Part shown: positions 49,425 to 49,425 of the stretch, piece after piece
How the letters are laid out: every line of letters begins with the position of its first letter
How positions within the stretch are numbered: position 1 is the first letter of the stretch
Source of the DNA: Fibrobacteria bacterium
GTDB taxonomy: Bacteria > Fibrobacterota > Chitinivibrionia > Chitinivibrionales > FEN-1185
Length of the DNA stretch: 49,425 nt
Direction of reading: 5' to 3'
Assembly (NCBI GenBank): GCA_037447435.1
Contig: JBBIGR010000041.1
Span: 1 to 49,425, forward strand
Position numbers and translations under genes: made by a program
Notes under the pieces: model-generated
The model's input: the letters and a program-made list of their open reading frames with translations, nothing else
The model's database searches: none
What the model was told of the DNA's origin: nothing

Positions 49425-49425
49425 A

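Overview
Bacterial chromosomal segment of mostly housekeeping genes from a diderm organism. Gene content and order suggest the FCB superphylum, possibly a Fibrobacterota/Chitinivibrionia-like lineage (inference only). Core genes: prfB with its programmed +1 frameshift, class II ribonucleotide reductase nrdJ behind two NrdR boxes, hemW, greA, recF-dciA-gyrB-surE-gyrA, a polysaccharide trio (nucleotide-sugar dehydrogenase, SLBB export protein, epimerase), ftsE, two parvulin PPIases, mfd, tRNA-Lys(UUU), recG, a GT2 synthase, a ketopantoate reductase, and yicC-rpoZ-coaBC-udg-dnaB-mlaE-mlaF-radA. Two things stand out. (1) A translationally coupled operon at 1611-5378 encodes an ECF sigma factor, a Zn-binding membrane anti-sigma factor, an exported caspase-like (C14) protease with a beta-barrel-like C-terminus, and a lipoprotein; it is a candidate protease-driven trans-envelope signalling system. 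(2) The MlaF-type ABC ATPase is fused to a catalytically degenerate GGDEF domain that keeps its RxxD site. Smaller observations: a structured greA leader, a toxin-antitoxin remnant, an outer-membrane gene split by a 1-nt frameshift, an atypical GyrA QRDR, and several broken canonical gene orders. I saw no CRISPR array, transposase, integrase or intein.
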